Shown here: positions 50,471 to 62,856 of the stretch, piece after piece
Layout: every line of letters starts with the position of its first letter
Numbering within the stretch: position 1 is the stretch's first letter
NCBI GenBank assembly: GCA_964016885.1
Contig: OZ024741.1
Coordinates: forward strand, 189,410,001 to 189,474,000
Source: Eledone cirrhosa
Taxonomy: Eukaryota
Direction: 5' to 3'
Length of the DNA stretch: 64,000 nt
Translations under genes and position numbers: made by a program
The notes under the pieces: generated by a model
What the model was told of the DNA's origin: nothing
The model's database searches: none
Seen by the model: the letters and a program-made list of their open reading frames with translations, nothing else

Positions 50471-51157
50471 TCTATATTAAAACTTTTATACTCTGCTATG
50501 TATTGAGTACTTTACTTACTGTGGTTACCTCCGATTCAACCCGGAATAATTTATATATATATATATTTATGAGTTTCTGTCTCGACTCAAACTTAATTAT
50601 GTTAATATCTTGTCTAATTAATAAGATGACTTACTGATGAGTGTCGGTTTCTTAACATTACTAATTTATCCATTTAATTATGGTAATTGTTCTGTTTTCT
50701 CAAGACCCAAAATATCATTGTTTAAGACTGTATTAGAACTATATATTGCTAATGTAATGTAAGTAATATTTTTAGCTTGGTTCTATGTTATTTATTTGCA
50801 AGATATTAAAAATATTGTATCCATAACTATATCTGTTATGAGGATGTTATGTTTTTGGTATTTTTGTGCCAAATTTACATTGAGCAATTATGATGCAGCA
50901 AGTCGATATTTTTTATATTGATGTAAATTTATATATATATATCAAATTAAAAAAACGGAGTCAAAGACTCATGAGTGTGTCCGAGTGTTATAGTTATTAT
51001 TGGATGGTTAGTACACTTTAATTTATTCTTTTAATTGATCTGTAATAACCTTTCTTTTCGTAGTCAATATGTCTATCACTCTGGTGGTCTTTTATCCCTT
51101 GTAATTCAACACATACCTCTATGTGTACTTCTCTCTATATACTGATTTAGATATATA

Positions 51158-51924
51158 CTAGCTGAATGACCCGGCGTTTCCCGGGTTACTGCTGTTCTTA
51201 TTCAGATTAATAAACAATAAATATGGAGATATATTTTTTTTCTCATAATTATTTCAAAATATCTACATTTTATAAAAAAAAAATATCAAAATTGTAATGA
51301 TAATAGAATTTAGAATTGAAAATATGTCAATCTTGAAGCACCTCAGTGTAAATAATTTCATTATGTAATTTTTTGTTGGTGTCCAAATGAATAAATTGTT
51401 GCTGCTTCCAACTTGTGAGTAACCAATATAGAGTTCAACTACCTTGAGGGATTGACCCTGAGATTTGTTAATTGAAATAACAAAATTTAGTTTGACTGGT
51501 AACTGAAGCCTCTTAAATTCAACTTCACATACACTCACACACATATACTTGTCAGTCATGACATATGTATGTGTAGATGTGTATGTGTGTTTAATTCTCT
51601 GTGTATCTGATTAAATATTTACATGAAGACGTATATGTATGTAACAAATGTGTAAACACACACACACTCACAGATACATACACACTAATATACAAAATAT
51701 GACGTTGTCATCATCAACGTGTTATAAAATGTTGTTTACTTATACTCTATAGTAGAATATTTTAGATAAAATGTTATATTTTTTTAATTCAAATGAAAAT
51801 AAAAATTACTTGTTAATCCTGGGGTCTGATACTATTACCTGGTAAAATTTTATTTGATTTGGTCAAGCCGTTTGAGAATGCATAAAGAAGCAGACAGAGA
51901 GACAGAGAGACAAAGAATTATATG

Positions 51925-51930
<6 letters not shown>
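51158..51930 (-). mobile_element. Non-autonomous Helitron with Pif1 helicase C-terminal remnant
   Basis: CTAG|T end with hairpin acccgg-cgtttc-ccgggt (~51169-51186); EFKRLQLPVKLNFVISINKSQGQSLKVV; 5' end lost in (TA)n. Confidence 0.85.
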
Positions 51931-51990
<60 letters not shown>

Positions 51991-52026
51991 CATACATATA
52001 TATATATACACACATATATATATATA

Positions 52027-52052
<26 letters not shown>

Positions 52053-52057
<5 letters not shown>

Positions 52058-52874
52058 CAATCACAGATATTTTTTATTTGTATGACCCGAATTACTTGAT
52101 CGTTTTTTTGGCTATGCGAATGATTGTTTAACCATCGTCTCAATGTGTTTGGCGTTTAACGTTTGTTATAGCTCTGGTTCATCTGAATCATTGAGCACTT
52201 GCCACACATCTCGGAGGTTGTTTTTCGTTATTTCGTGGGCTGATATGCGATTCTCGATAATTTATGTTTGTATTAATCTCCAGACTCTAGCTATTGACCA
52301 GTTAATTTTCTTGATTTTTTAGTTGATTCTATTGACTGATGAATAGCTTATGTTAATTTTAACCCTTCTGTTGAGAACTCTATTCGATTTGTGATGTTTT
52401 TGCATTCTTGCAAAAATATACACATCTGAATTCATTCGCCTGATATAGGGGTTGCCTCCCTTGCCGATCCCCACGTGGGGTCAGCAATAGTCAGTCCTTG
52501 TATTAACATTGAACTAAAACCTGTTAAGAAAGTGGCTTCCTTGTTCAATCATCTTACCAGAAGCCTAACATTATTTATGTAAGCGGACAGTACTTGATTT
52601 AGGAGCCGCAGAAACCCAAATACTGGATTTTACCAACCTTCCAGGGGTCCGGGTAAATTTTCAATCACAGATATTTTTTATTTGTTTGACCCGAATTACT
52701 TGATCGTTTTTTTGGCTATGCGAATGATTGTTTAACCATCGTCTCAGTGTGTTTGGCCTTTAACGTTTGTTATAGCTCTGGTTCATCTGAATCATTGAGC
52801 ACTTGCCACACATCTCGGAGGTTGTTTTTCGATTATTTCGTGGGCCGAAATGCGATTCTCGATAATTTATGTTT

Positions 52875-52877
<3 letters not shown>
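52053..52877. repeat. Partial tandem duplication (~220-bp direct repeats, 605-bp period) between (TA)n tracts
   Basis: 52053-52273 nearly identical to 52658-52877. Confidence 0.85.
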
Positions 52878-52926
<49 letters not shown>

Positions 52927-53639
52927 ATGTATATGCAAAAGACAAACAGAAAAAATAAAGCAAATGACTCAGTACAACGAAAAAATATATTAGTTTTATC
53001 CTTGATATAGTAGGAAAAGAGTCTTAATGTTTTGGACGCTAGTCCTTCATCAAAAAATATAATGAGAAATTAAAGAAGAAAAAGAAAGATAGAGGAGAGT
53101 GAAGAAACGGAAGCATTTCTTAGAGAAAAACAAATTTGTTCAGGTCACCAATTCTTGGAAAACTGTTGAATCCACTATTGGTGTATAAAACGTTCAGTTG
53201 GTCAAGTTTTAAAAAGTGGTGATATATATATAAATACATATATGTTGATTCAAAACTGCACTATCCACAAGTGTTTTTTAGCCTTCATATCATGTCCTCC
53301 TGTTTTATCTGATGAAAACACAAATATTATTGCATGATGATGTTTGTTTTTGAAATGCGCATAAATACATGGAACTCATTTAACCATCTTTTGTTCTGTT
53401 ATATTATATATACTCCAGTCCTACAAACTGTAGAGTGCTTCTTATCCAATATCTGCATTGCTTAATTGTACTACAATAAAACTCACCTCCTATATAAATA
53501 CATATATGTGTGTGTGTGTGTATGAATAGGGAGACACAAAGCAGGCATTGTTTACATGTGCTTACGCCGTATTTAACTAAATAGAATTAGTCTGTTGGTT
53601 GGGATTTAAAAAAAACTCTCTGAAATGAAAAGTGGTGAG

Positions 53640-53711
53640 TAGTTGTACACAGGACTTGAACCCACATCTTTGGTTTGCCAGACCAATGTGTTACTATTAC
53701 ACCAACACGCC
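53640..53711 (-). pseudogene. tRNA-like sequence (GGC in anticodon position, poor acceptor stem)
   Basis: Minus strand ggcgtgttggtgtaatagtaacac-attggt-ctggcaa-accaa-agatgtgggttcaagtcct. Confidence 0.45.
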
Positions 53712-54988
53712 ACCCATGCTTCCTTCCATTCAATTAGAAGCTATATTGTTATCAGGGGATTAATACGAGTCTTTAACTCCGTTTTTTTTCCTATTGATTT
53801 CTCTCCTAAATTCTTTATTAGTTGAGCTTTCTAAGTTGAATGGTTATAGGCTACCATTTCAAGCGGCTTCTTGATCCATTCACACCAATATATACTATCT
53901 GGTGCGCATGTTTTCGTTCTATCATCAGCTGCTTTATTCAGTTGTCTGAAGTATCTTTAGAAGTGTTGGCTATACCTTCTTTCCACCTGTTGATAAGCTC
54001 TGAGATGGTATGGTACCAACACTATTGCGAAACATTCTCTTCTTTGGGAATGTCCAGGTGTGTATGGTTATAAAGCTCCTCTTTCATTAGACCTTATATC
54101 TTTCACTATAGTGGCTCTCTACCCCTTGTAAATGAAAACATAACCACTTTTTGTGTTTTCTTCTCTATATACTGTAATATATATATATATATATATATAT
54201 AATCATTATCATCATCATCTGCTTTCCATGCTGGTATGCTTTTGTTAGGTTGTGACTAATTGAGACCAGACAGGTTGGAATGACCTATATTTGACCATAC
54301 ATTCCATATTTGTTATGGTTTCTATGGCTGGATGCCCTTCCTAATGCAAACCACCTTACAAACTGTGTTTTTTTTTCATGGTACCAGCACTACCTCTTTA
54401 CAGGGTATACTGGATGAATTTTATTGTGGCATAAGCATAAGAAATGTTGCCACACACACATATACAGAGATAGTTTACTCGCACCAACAACAATGATAGC
54501 AAATATAAGTGTTGTACTTACATAAAGTAAATGAACCACAAAATGAAATATGTTGTTGTGAGTTTGTATCATTCTCCTGCCATGAAAGATATTTTGTCTT
54601 TTGATTATAAGTGGTTTGCTGCACAATAATCTTCTAGAGTAGAGGTTATGTAGCATAAAAATTCTATAAAAACTATTTTATTTGAAAATCGTTACGGGCT
54701 CGAATTTAATCAAAGGTGCTATGCTGGGCTGTTTCAATCATTCCTCTGCTTATTACTGGTTCATTTCCCACTTTTGCTAGAGGAGGAGAGGGGGCCACCA
54801 TTTTGTCAAGAATAAATGCCATGAATTACATTAAATAAGCCACAAGCCCAAACCAGTCAGAAACACCCCTATATGAGCGAGACATGGTCACTTGACCCAA
54901 CTTGCCTCTAAATGGACCCGTCTAACCCATGCTAGCGTCGAAGATGGACGTTAATCGATGATGATGATATGTATATATATATATATAT

Positions 54989-55131
54989 GGAGGCACATGG
55001 CTTAGTGGTTAGAGCATTGGCCTTGCAATCGAAAGGTTGTGAGTTCAATTCTCAGACTGGGTGATGTGTTGTTTCCTTGAGCAAGACACTTTATTTCACA
55101 TTGCTCCAGTTTACTCAGCTGTAGAAATGAG
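54989..55131 (+). mobile_element. tRNA-derived SINE with V-domain-like core
   Basis: tggcttagtggttagagc (A box), gagttcaattc (B box), tccttgagcaagacacttt; related copies at ~12199 and ~13919. Confidence 0.75.
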
Positions 55132-55328
55132 ATGATAGGGACTGGGGTCCATATCATTCCACTGCAAAGTGGTCGTGGAGGTGCCACGGCAAAAAAGCAC
55201 CCAGCACTCACTGTAAATGAGGTTGGTGTTAGGAAGGGCACCCAGCTGTAGAAATCAAGCCAGAATCAGTTCCCGTCCCACCCTTGCAAGCAGGGAAAAA
55301 GTGGACGTAAATGAAATGATGAATGATG

Positions 55329-55375
<47 letters not shown>

Positions 55376-55531
55376 TATGCATGTATGGCTCAAAAGGGGG
55401 ACCCCATCTGGAATCAATCAGGCAAACCCCACCCAAAACACAGAATTGCCCTGTCTCCCAAAAAATGAAAAATGAAGTTATAAAGCAAAAAGCATATTCA
55501 AACACACATACAAATATGCAAAAATTCATAA

Positions 55532-56486
55532 TCTATATTACTAAAACAGAGAATGTATGTTTGTCTGTCTGTTCAATCACTAAAACTCGAGAACGACCCA
55601 AGCGATTGTTTTCAAACTTTACACATGTAATACTTATGATCTTATTGAGTGTTCTGAGCAAAAAAAAATTTCAAATTTTCAAAGCCCTAGGGACCCCATT
55701 AGGCGATTTAGAGATCTCTTTCTCTCTCTCTCTTAGTCTTTCTCTTTTTAGATAGATATATAGATATGACGTTGCGCCTTTATAATATCTGTCTGTATGC
55801 CTGACTGTCTGCATTACAACATTATGACGCGATCAGTGTGTGTGTGTATATATGTATATATATAATGTGTGTGTATATATATATATTCTTATGCCAGGGA
55901 ACATCTTCACGAACCAAAGTATCGTCTTCTGTTTTCCTTCGGTTGCAACGTTTTTCGAAATATTTACATCTGCGTTCACAGATTGATTTTTTTTATTTTA
56001 GTTTCAGAAGATCCCGCTAAGGGTGAAAGCACCGATTCTTTGCTTAAAATTTAATATGTTATTTTAATATAGATATTCGTGTACAGATATTTTTGCATAC
56101 ACAAAAACAAAATATAAACAAACAAGGCCAACGATTACATCAGTTAGTCTTAGTGTATTTCATAATGCTTTTAGGTAGAAGATCCCGTTAAGGGTGAAAG
56201 CAGTGATTCATTTTCTGCGTTCACAGATTGATTTTTTTAGTTTCAGAAGATGCCGTTAAGGCTGAAAGCAGCGATTCTTTGCTTAAACTTTTATCTGTTA
56301 TTTTAATATATATATATATATATGTGTATATATATAATTATATATTCGTGTACAGATATTTTTGCATACACAATAACAAAATACAAACAAACATATTTAT
56401 TTCACGAAGCTCGATAAGGATAAATATATATCAAATATATAAGAACCCTAGAGCAAATCCCGAGCAATGCCAGGCCATTCTGCTAG
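55532..56486 (+). mobile_element. Complete non-autonomous Helitron carrying duplicated hammerhead-like motifs
   Basis: A|TC 5' end at 55531-55533, (tgtc)n, 3' hairpin at 56459-56474, CTAG|T at 56483-56487, no TSD. Confidence 0.85.
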
Positions 56487-56667
56487 TAAAGTATAAAAAA
56501 TATCCCCAAAATAGAAATAGAACAACTCAGAAAAATACACACTGGAAATACACAAAACAACCAACAAAATAAAAAAAAACAAATGACTGTAGAGAAAAAA
56601 GATAAAAGCCCACAGTCTAATGAAAGAATTACAACAGAAAACTATACACACAAAACAAGAATCCACA

Positions 56668-57022
56668 GTCTTCTTTTTCTTCTTCTTTGCCCTTTAATTC
56701 TTATGAGGGTTGTGAGGGTAGAATCCTCAGACACGCTTTCCAGAGGGTTCTATTAGAAGCAACCATCTCCAAATGAACCAGTTACATCCCCAAGTGAGAC
56801 GAATAGAGCTTATGGATGTTAACTAGCCATCTTGTTTGCGATCAACCTCTGAGTCTTGTGCCAATTGGTTTTCTGTAAAATCTGTTCTACAATTCTTTCC
56901 TGAGACATTCTAACCACATTTTCGTAGCACTGGGGCTGTGATCTTTCAGTGCAGAAAAGTAGGAGCTCTACCTGGAGTGACTCCCTGATCTCCAAATTAT
57001 GCATCCAATCAAGTAACATTAT
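56668..57022 (-). mobile_element. Degenerate RTE (Rex3-like) 3' fragment
   Basis: EIRESLQVELLLFCTERSQ..VRMSQERIV homology; (ctt)n-like tail. Confidence 0.6.
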
Positions 57023-57129
57023 TTCAAAGACCCTTCAGAGGAACCCCATTTGGCTGCTTATATCTATGATAATCTTCTTTCTGTAATGACTCAAGATTGA
57101 TGACCATAAATAAAAGTAGGCATGAACAT

Positions 57130-57498
57130 TGAAATTTGAAAAAGTTAATCAGGGTATCACAGAAGAGGTAAGTGCTCGTCTTCAGCCCTTTCAAATGCAT
57201 CCACCATACTATCTCTTTCGCCATGGCCACCAGACTGATAAAAACTGCCTGCCCTTCCCGGCTAAAGGAAGCGGGTGGGGCAATCCTCACGATGGACTCA
57301 GCTGATAGCCGGATCCGTCCTACACGTGACAGCAGCTGTTCGACATAAACCCACAAGTCAGCAATGCTCAGACACTGGACAAGTGTGTGCAGGACGGTTT
57401 TGTCGCCCTGAGAAAAGTCACCCTGATCTTTACCTCGTCCCAGTTTGTGTCCGTCTGGAGGTCTGGACTGAACCAGACCCCTAGCAATTTAACCAGTC
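57130..57498 (-). mobile_element. Deleted Tx1-clade copy E, part left of the LTR element
   Basis: WVYVEQLLSRVGRIRLSAES; VKLLGVWFSPDLQ continues at 63096. Confidence 0.85.
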
Positions 57499-57733
57499 TT
57501 TAGCAGTATTAGTTGTAGATGTTATCGAGATACGAGTGACATAATAATTATTTCAACAGCAGAAATTAGAGATGAAATATACGTTTATTTTTTGATGTAG
57601 CACAAACAATGGTGTTGTACAGAGGCTGGTTTCTGGCGTGTGATCAGTCGGCTTTCCAGTGGCTGTCTGTCTTTTCTTTCTGGCGTTCCTAACCGGCGTT
57701 GTTCTATCAAGGAGCATGAGGCGTCTTACTACA
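57499..57733 (-). repeat. 3' LTR (TGTAG...CTAAA on the element strand)
   Basis: Direct repeat of 62857-63091. Confidence 0.95.
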
Positions 57734-57961
57734 GTACCTCGAGCCAGATTTTCAAATTATCGAAAATCGATGTCATTACTCACATGTGGTGTAAGATGGC
57801 GAACAATGCAACAAGGGGGAGCTATCCGCTCTAGCAAAAATTGAATCCAGAATAAGGATTTGAAAAATGTTAAAAAAAAAAAACGACATGCATGCATAAA
57901 AAAAACAAGGCAAAGTAAAAGCAGAAACACAGAGGCAAAAAAAAGGTGCAGCTAACATAGT

Positions 57962-60686
57962 CTAAATATAGACGGTGCTGCAAAATTTTTTGGGCCAGTG
58001 GACCCTACGACCTGAACGGGTCGTGGTCTTGTAACGCGGCGATGGTGGTGGTGTAGGGACAGGCGATGATGGTGGTTCAGGAACAGTCGTTCGCTCAACA
58101 GGCAAATACAAAGTGGTTCGTGGATCAGGAACCACAGCGTCCGTATCAAGGTGCGCCTGCTTAAGCCTGTCTAATGTAACTGTCACTCTGGACCCCTTAA
58201 TATCTAACGTGAAATGCTTAGCCGAGCGCGCTAAGACACGGTAAGGTCCAGTGTAAGGCTGTGTGAGCGGGGGCTTCACCGTATCATTCCTTACAAAGAC
58301 ATGCGTCCACGAGGCAATATCCCTCGGGACAGCAGTCTTGACAGTTTGTTTCCTAGTGTCCATTGGCGGCAAATCCTGGAAATAGGAGCGCAAACGGGAC
58401 ACGTAGGAAGCGTGATCTTGGGCATCAAGATCGATAGGGGCAAGCATTTGCCCGGGCAACGTCAGAGGGGCACCGTACAGTACTTCGGCCGGTGAAAATC
58501 CAAAGTCGACCTTCACCGTTGACCGAATCCCTAGTAGCACAATAGGGAGGTACTCGCTCCAATGCGCCGAGTCCATTGAGGCCATTAAGGAGGCCTTCAG
58601 TTGGCGGTGAAAACGCTCCACCATACCATTCGAAGCGGGATGGTATGCCGTAGTTCTAATGCGTTTAGCACCAATTAATTTTGACAGCTCGAGGAAAAGG
58701 CTCGACTCGAACTGTCGTCCACGGTCGGTAGTTATTATGGATGGAACTCCATAACGAGAGATCCATCCAGACACAAGAGCACGTGCTGTTGTCTCCGCGG
58801 TGATGTTTTTCTAGGGGATGGCCTCAGGCCATCTCGAAAAACGGTCAATGACGGTAAGTAGATAAGAAAAACCATCGCTGACAGGCCAAGGTCCCACTAT
58901 ATCAATATGAATATGCGAAAAACGCGCTTCTGGGTTAGCAAAGGTACCCAGGGGAGCCTTGACGTGTCGATGGACCTTTGATCTCTGGCAAGCGACGCAG
59001 GAACGGCACCAAGCAGCAATTTCACGCCTCATATTTGGCCAGAAAAATCTAGCTGATATGAGCTTTGCTGTGGCAGAAGATCCTGGATGTGAGATACAAT
59101 GTAATCCCAGAAACACGGTCCGACGATGATTCTCTGGAACGAAGGGCCTAGGCACGTCCAAAGAGACGTCGCAGAGAATTTGGCCAACTGCAGTCGACAG
59201 AGGCAAGTATTTCATCTCGCAATTCGCAAACTCGGGCGATGTGACATCCAATGACTCAAGGGGAGGCTGATCCGCAGCCAAACGAGTCAGATCTATGTCA
59301 GAGGATGACGAGATCGCTGTCACGGGTAAGCGGGACAAAGCATCGGCCGCTGTATTTAGTGAACCCGGAATGTGCTGGATATCACTCGTATATTGCGAGA
59401 TGAAATCAAGGTGTCTCGTCTCTCTGGGCGAGTATTTATCAGCCTTCGCTCTCAAAGCAAAAGTCAATGGTTTATGGTCAGTGAGGATAGTAAATTGCCT
59501 ACCCTCTAGCACATGTGAAAAATGTTTCACGGCCAAATAGATGGCTAAAAGCTCTCTTCCAAAGGTGCTGTAGCGCGTCTCAGCAGGATTTAGCTTTTTG
59601 GAAAAAAACTCCAGCGGTTGCTGGTAACCATTGATGTTTTGCTGTAGTACTGCGCCCACAGCGATATCCGATGCATCAACACAAAGCGTAAGCTTTGCAT
59701 CGGGTACCGGGTGAGTCAGTAACGAAGCATTAGCCAAAACAGTTTTGGCGTGCTGAAAATCAGCAAGTTGAGTGTCTGTCAAAGAAATATCTTTGTTCTT
59801 CCTCCGACAATTTTTCAAAATTTTTGTCAGGGAGAAAAGCAATTTTGCACAATTTGGCACGAAACGCCTATAAAAGTTAACCAGACCTAAGAACTGGCGT
59901 AACTGACGTAGTGAGGTCGGTGGAGGCAAATCCTCTATGACCTTAACTCGCTCAGGCCGGGGTCGAATACCGTCAGCATCGATGACGTGACCCAAGAAAG
60001 TCAGTGACTCAGCACCAAAAACACATTTGGGTGCATTAAGCTGCACGTTATACGCCTTCAATCGGCGGAAAAGAAGATTCAAATGGTGCGTATGCTGCTC
60101 TGGAGAAGAACTAGCAATGAGCAGATCGTCAATATAGGTATAGACGAAATCGAGGCTGCGAGTAACCTCATCCATAAACCGCTGAAAAGTACTAGCGGCA
60201 TTCCTTAATCCGAACGGCATAGTCAAAAACTCGAAAGACCCAAATGGCGTAACTATAGCCGTTTTGGGAATGTCATTTTTATGGACAGGAATTTGATGGT
60301 ACGCACGAATTAAATCCAGTTTGGAGAATATCTTGCATCCCTGCAACGAAGACGCAAAGTCTTGCAGATGAGGGATAGGATAACGGTCCGGTACCGTTAT
60401 CGAATTCAGGCGTCGATAATCTCCAGTAGGTCTCCAATCGCCATTCGCTTTCGGTACCATGTGTAATGGGGACGCCCACGGGCTCGTGGACGGACGAATA
60501 ATCCCCATTTGCAGCATATGATCAAATTCTGATCGTGCTGCTTTGAGTTTGTCCGGAGGAAAGCAACGAGGGCGAGAGAAAACGGAAGCACCAGTTGTAG
60601 ATATGAAGTGCTCCGTGGTATGAGTAGGTTCATCAAATCGAAAATTCCCGTGTCAGTTGCGGGAACGAGTTCAACAACGCATGGAA
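57962..60686 (-). pseudogene. pol fragment: RT, RNase H and integrase, with one in-frame TAG at 58811-58813
   Basis: [31 protein letters not shown]; DAS, RELLA, TDHKPL; [35 protein letters not shown]. Confidence 0.92.
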
Positions 60687-60901
60687 TATTAGCAGTATTA
60701 GTTATAGATGTTATCGCCACTTTAGCAGGGTGGTAGAATCAGTGGTCGTTACTTTAACAGGGTAGATGATTGAAGGTCGTTAGTTGCCAGTGTGGTAAGT
60801 GATAGTATCCTCGTTGGATTATCTTGTTGACATAGACGTGAGGGAAGGTCCCTCGATCTATTTACCATCTATTTACAATATTCCTTTCGTCAGGTCGCCA
60901 A

Positions 60902-61268
60902 TTCCAGCAGCATGGATTATAGATGTTATTGAGACACGAGTAACATAACGATTTCAACAGCAGTAATTAGAGATGAAATGTATGTTTATTTATATGGTTG
61001 AAGTTACAGATAAAAAGAGGTTACAAAAGGGAATGTGCCATTGCGCCGTTAAGCCGGCGAGGCTAGGGGTGCAATATCTCACTGTTACATTATGCGTGTT
61101 GCTGGCTCGAAGTTTCTGGTACAAGAGAGAGATTCTTCAAATCTTCGCGGTGAATTTCTTCCTCAGGGCGCGTAGGGATACATCCTCTTCTACTGGCGCT
61201 GATTGGCTGAACTGAGCCAAATCACGCACAGAGAATGTATGTGAGCCCGCGGAATGTAGGTCACTACA
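60902..61268 (-). repeat. Internal diverged third LTR with its own PBS-like site
   Basis: First ~90 nt on + clearly homologous to the terminal LTRs; begins TGTAGTG on the element strand; followed by TGGCGACCTGACG. Confidence 0.75.
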
Positions 61269-62856
61269 TCACCTCCAACCAGATTTTCAGCCGAAAATCG
61301 ATAACGAAGAAACCAAGGACCCACATATTATTGAATCAGCAAGAACAAATGCTGAAAGAGCACATCAGCGAAAAAATAATTGAGCAGAAGGTTGCATGCA
61401 AGAACAAAAAATGAAGCGCTACGGGCCGTGTTGAGCCGCTGTGTCAAATGACCAATTGTTTTGTTGTTTATACGTGACCGCCAAAGGTCTAACAAAAAAC
61501 GGATAAAGTCTGACATGGGCGAAGTTGCTGTTCTTGCATTAAATGTTAATGGTAAGCGTTGTACCAGTAGCTGTGAACGAAGCTATTATGGTAGTTTACC
61601 AGTGCTGGCGAGAAAATGATGGCCCCCAGATGTATTGTCGAATGTGCTGTGGAGCCAGGAAAAAATGGCTGGTTGCTTTGTAAAGAACAAAAGGCAAGTT
61701 TAATCTGTAGGTGGGTTGCAGTGTAAATTCCATAATTCGGGCGAATCCACAGAAGTGGCCGAAATGCTAACAAGTCCAGTTCAATTTGTTGCTTTCCCAG
61801 CGAGTCGGGCAAAAACAACAAGACGGATGGCCGTCATGGACGATCAGTGTGCAACGAGATGCGAAGCTGTTTGAGTTCAGCTGCAATTAGTATTCTCGTG
61901 TTGCGGTGACTGTTTGAATCCAGTGGATTAAGCTCTGTGAGCTGCTAGCATGTGACAGCATCTCAACCAGGTGAAAAGGGACTCGCAGAATATTACGTTT
62001 GAAGAACATATACCAAGAACAACGTGTTGCTGTGTGATAAAAAAAATGTGTGCATATGCAGGCATGTAAAACAGCAAAGAATGTGAATGAACAAAAACCA
62101 TGAGCAAGTAAATAGCAAAAGAGCACAAAACAAGTAAATGCATTCTACAAAGAAATATGTGAATGTAACAAACTGATAATTCAAAGTCAATCTAGGGGAG
62201 CAGAGAAATTGCTCAATAAGTTCAAAGTTTTTCAAAGTCAAATAGTTCACACATCACCAGTGTACAGACACTAGTTCTATCTGAAAACTGAAAAAGAAGT
62301 TTGTTAATGCCGTTAGGGGTTAGATGTATGGTGTTTTTGTGAGATTTCGTGGCCATCTTACCGTCCCGCCACACGGTAGTGTTGCTTATTGTTAAAGTAA
62401 TGTCAAAGAATCTTCTGTAGAGTAGGAGTCACCAAATATGGCAGTCACGTCTGACGCCATAATGGTGAGAAAACTACTGTCTCAATTTCTCGCGTCCCTG
62501 TGGTAACGAGACAGAAGGTATGGTGGTTGCGTCGGTAAAGTTACAAGCCGTTTTGAAATTTCCGATGTGTGGTGGTTGGCGTCGGTAAGGTTATGAAGCT
62601 GCCACTCACTGTTCCCTGTATTGGTCAGTGATTAAACAACGCTGTCGCTGCTGCTGTCATTGTTGTTGTCAAGCGTAGCCATGACATGTCGGTAGCCATC
62701 TTGAAATTTTTTCGTGGCGAAAAAGTTTTTGAAATACTGCTAATTTTTCAAAAATCTTAAAAGGAATATTCTGGATTTTCGCTATTGCGACGTGGCAATA
62801 AAAGTCAAACTGAATGAATAAGAAGGGCTCCGCGATATTCTTACATCGGTCACCAC

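Noticed and set aside
52421-52520. HDV-like ribozyme on the minus strand (ggcgaatg motif)
   Set aside because: Could not identify consistent P1, P2 and P3 pairings
61300-62250. Short ORFs inside the LTR element as gag or env
   Set aside because: All under 100 aa with no capsid, zinc-knuckle or envelope motifs recognised
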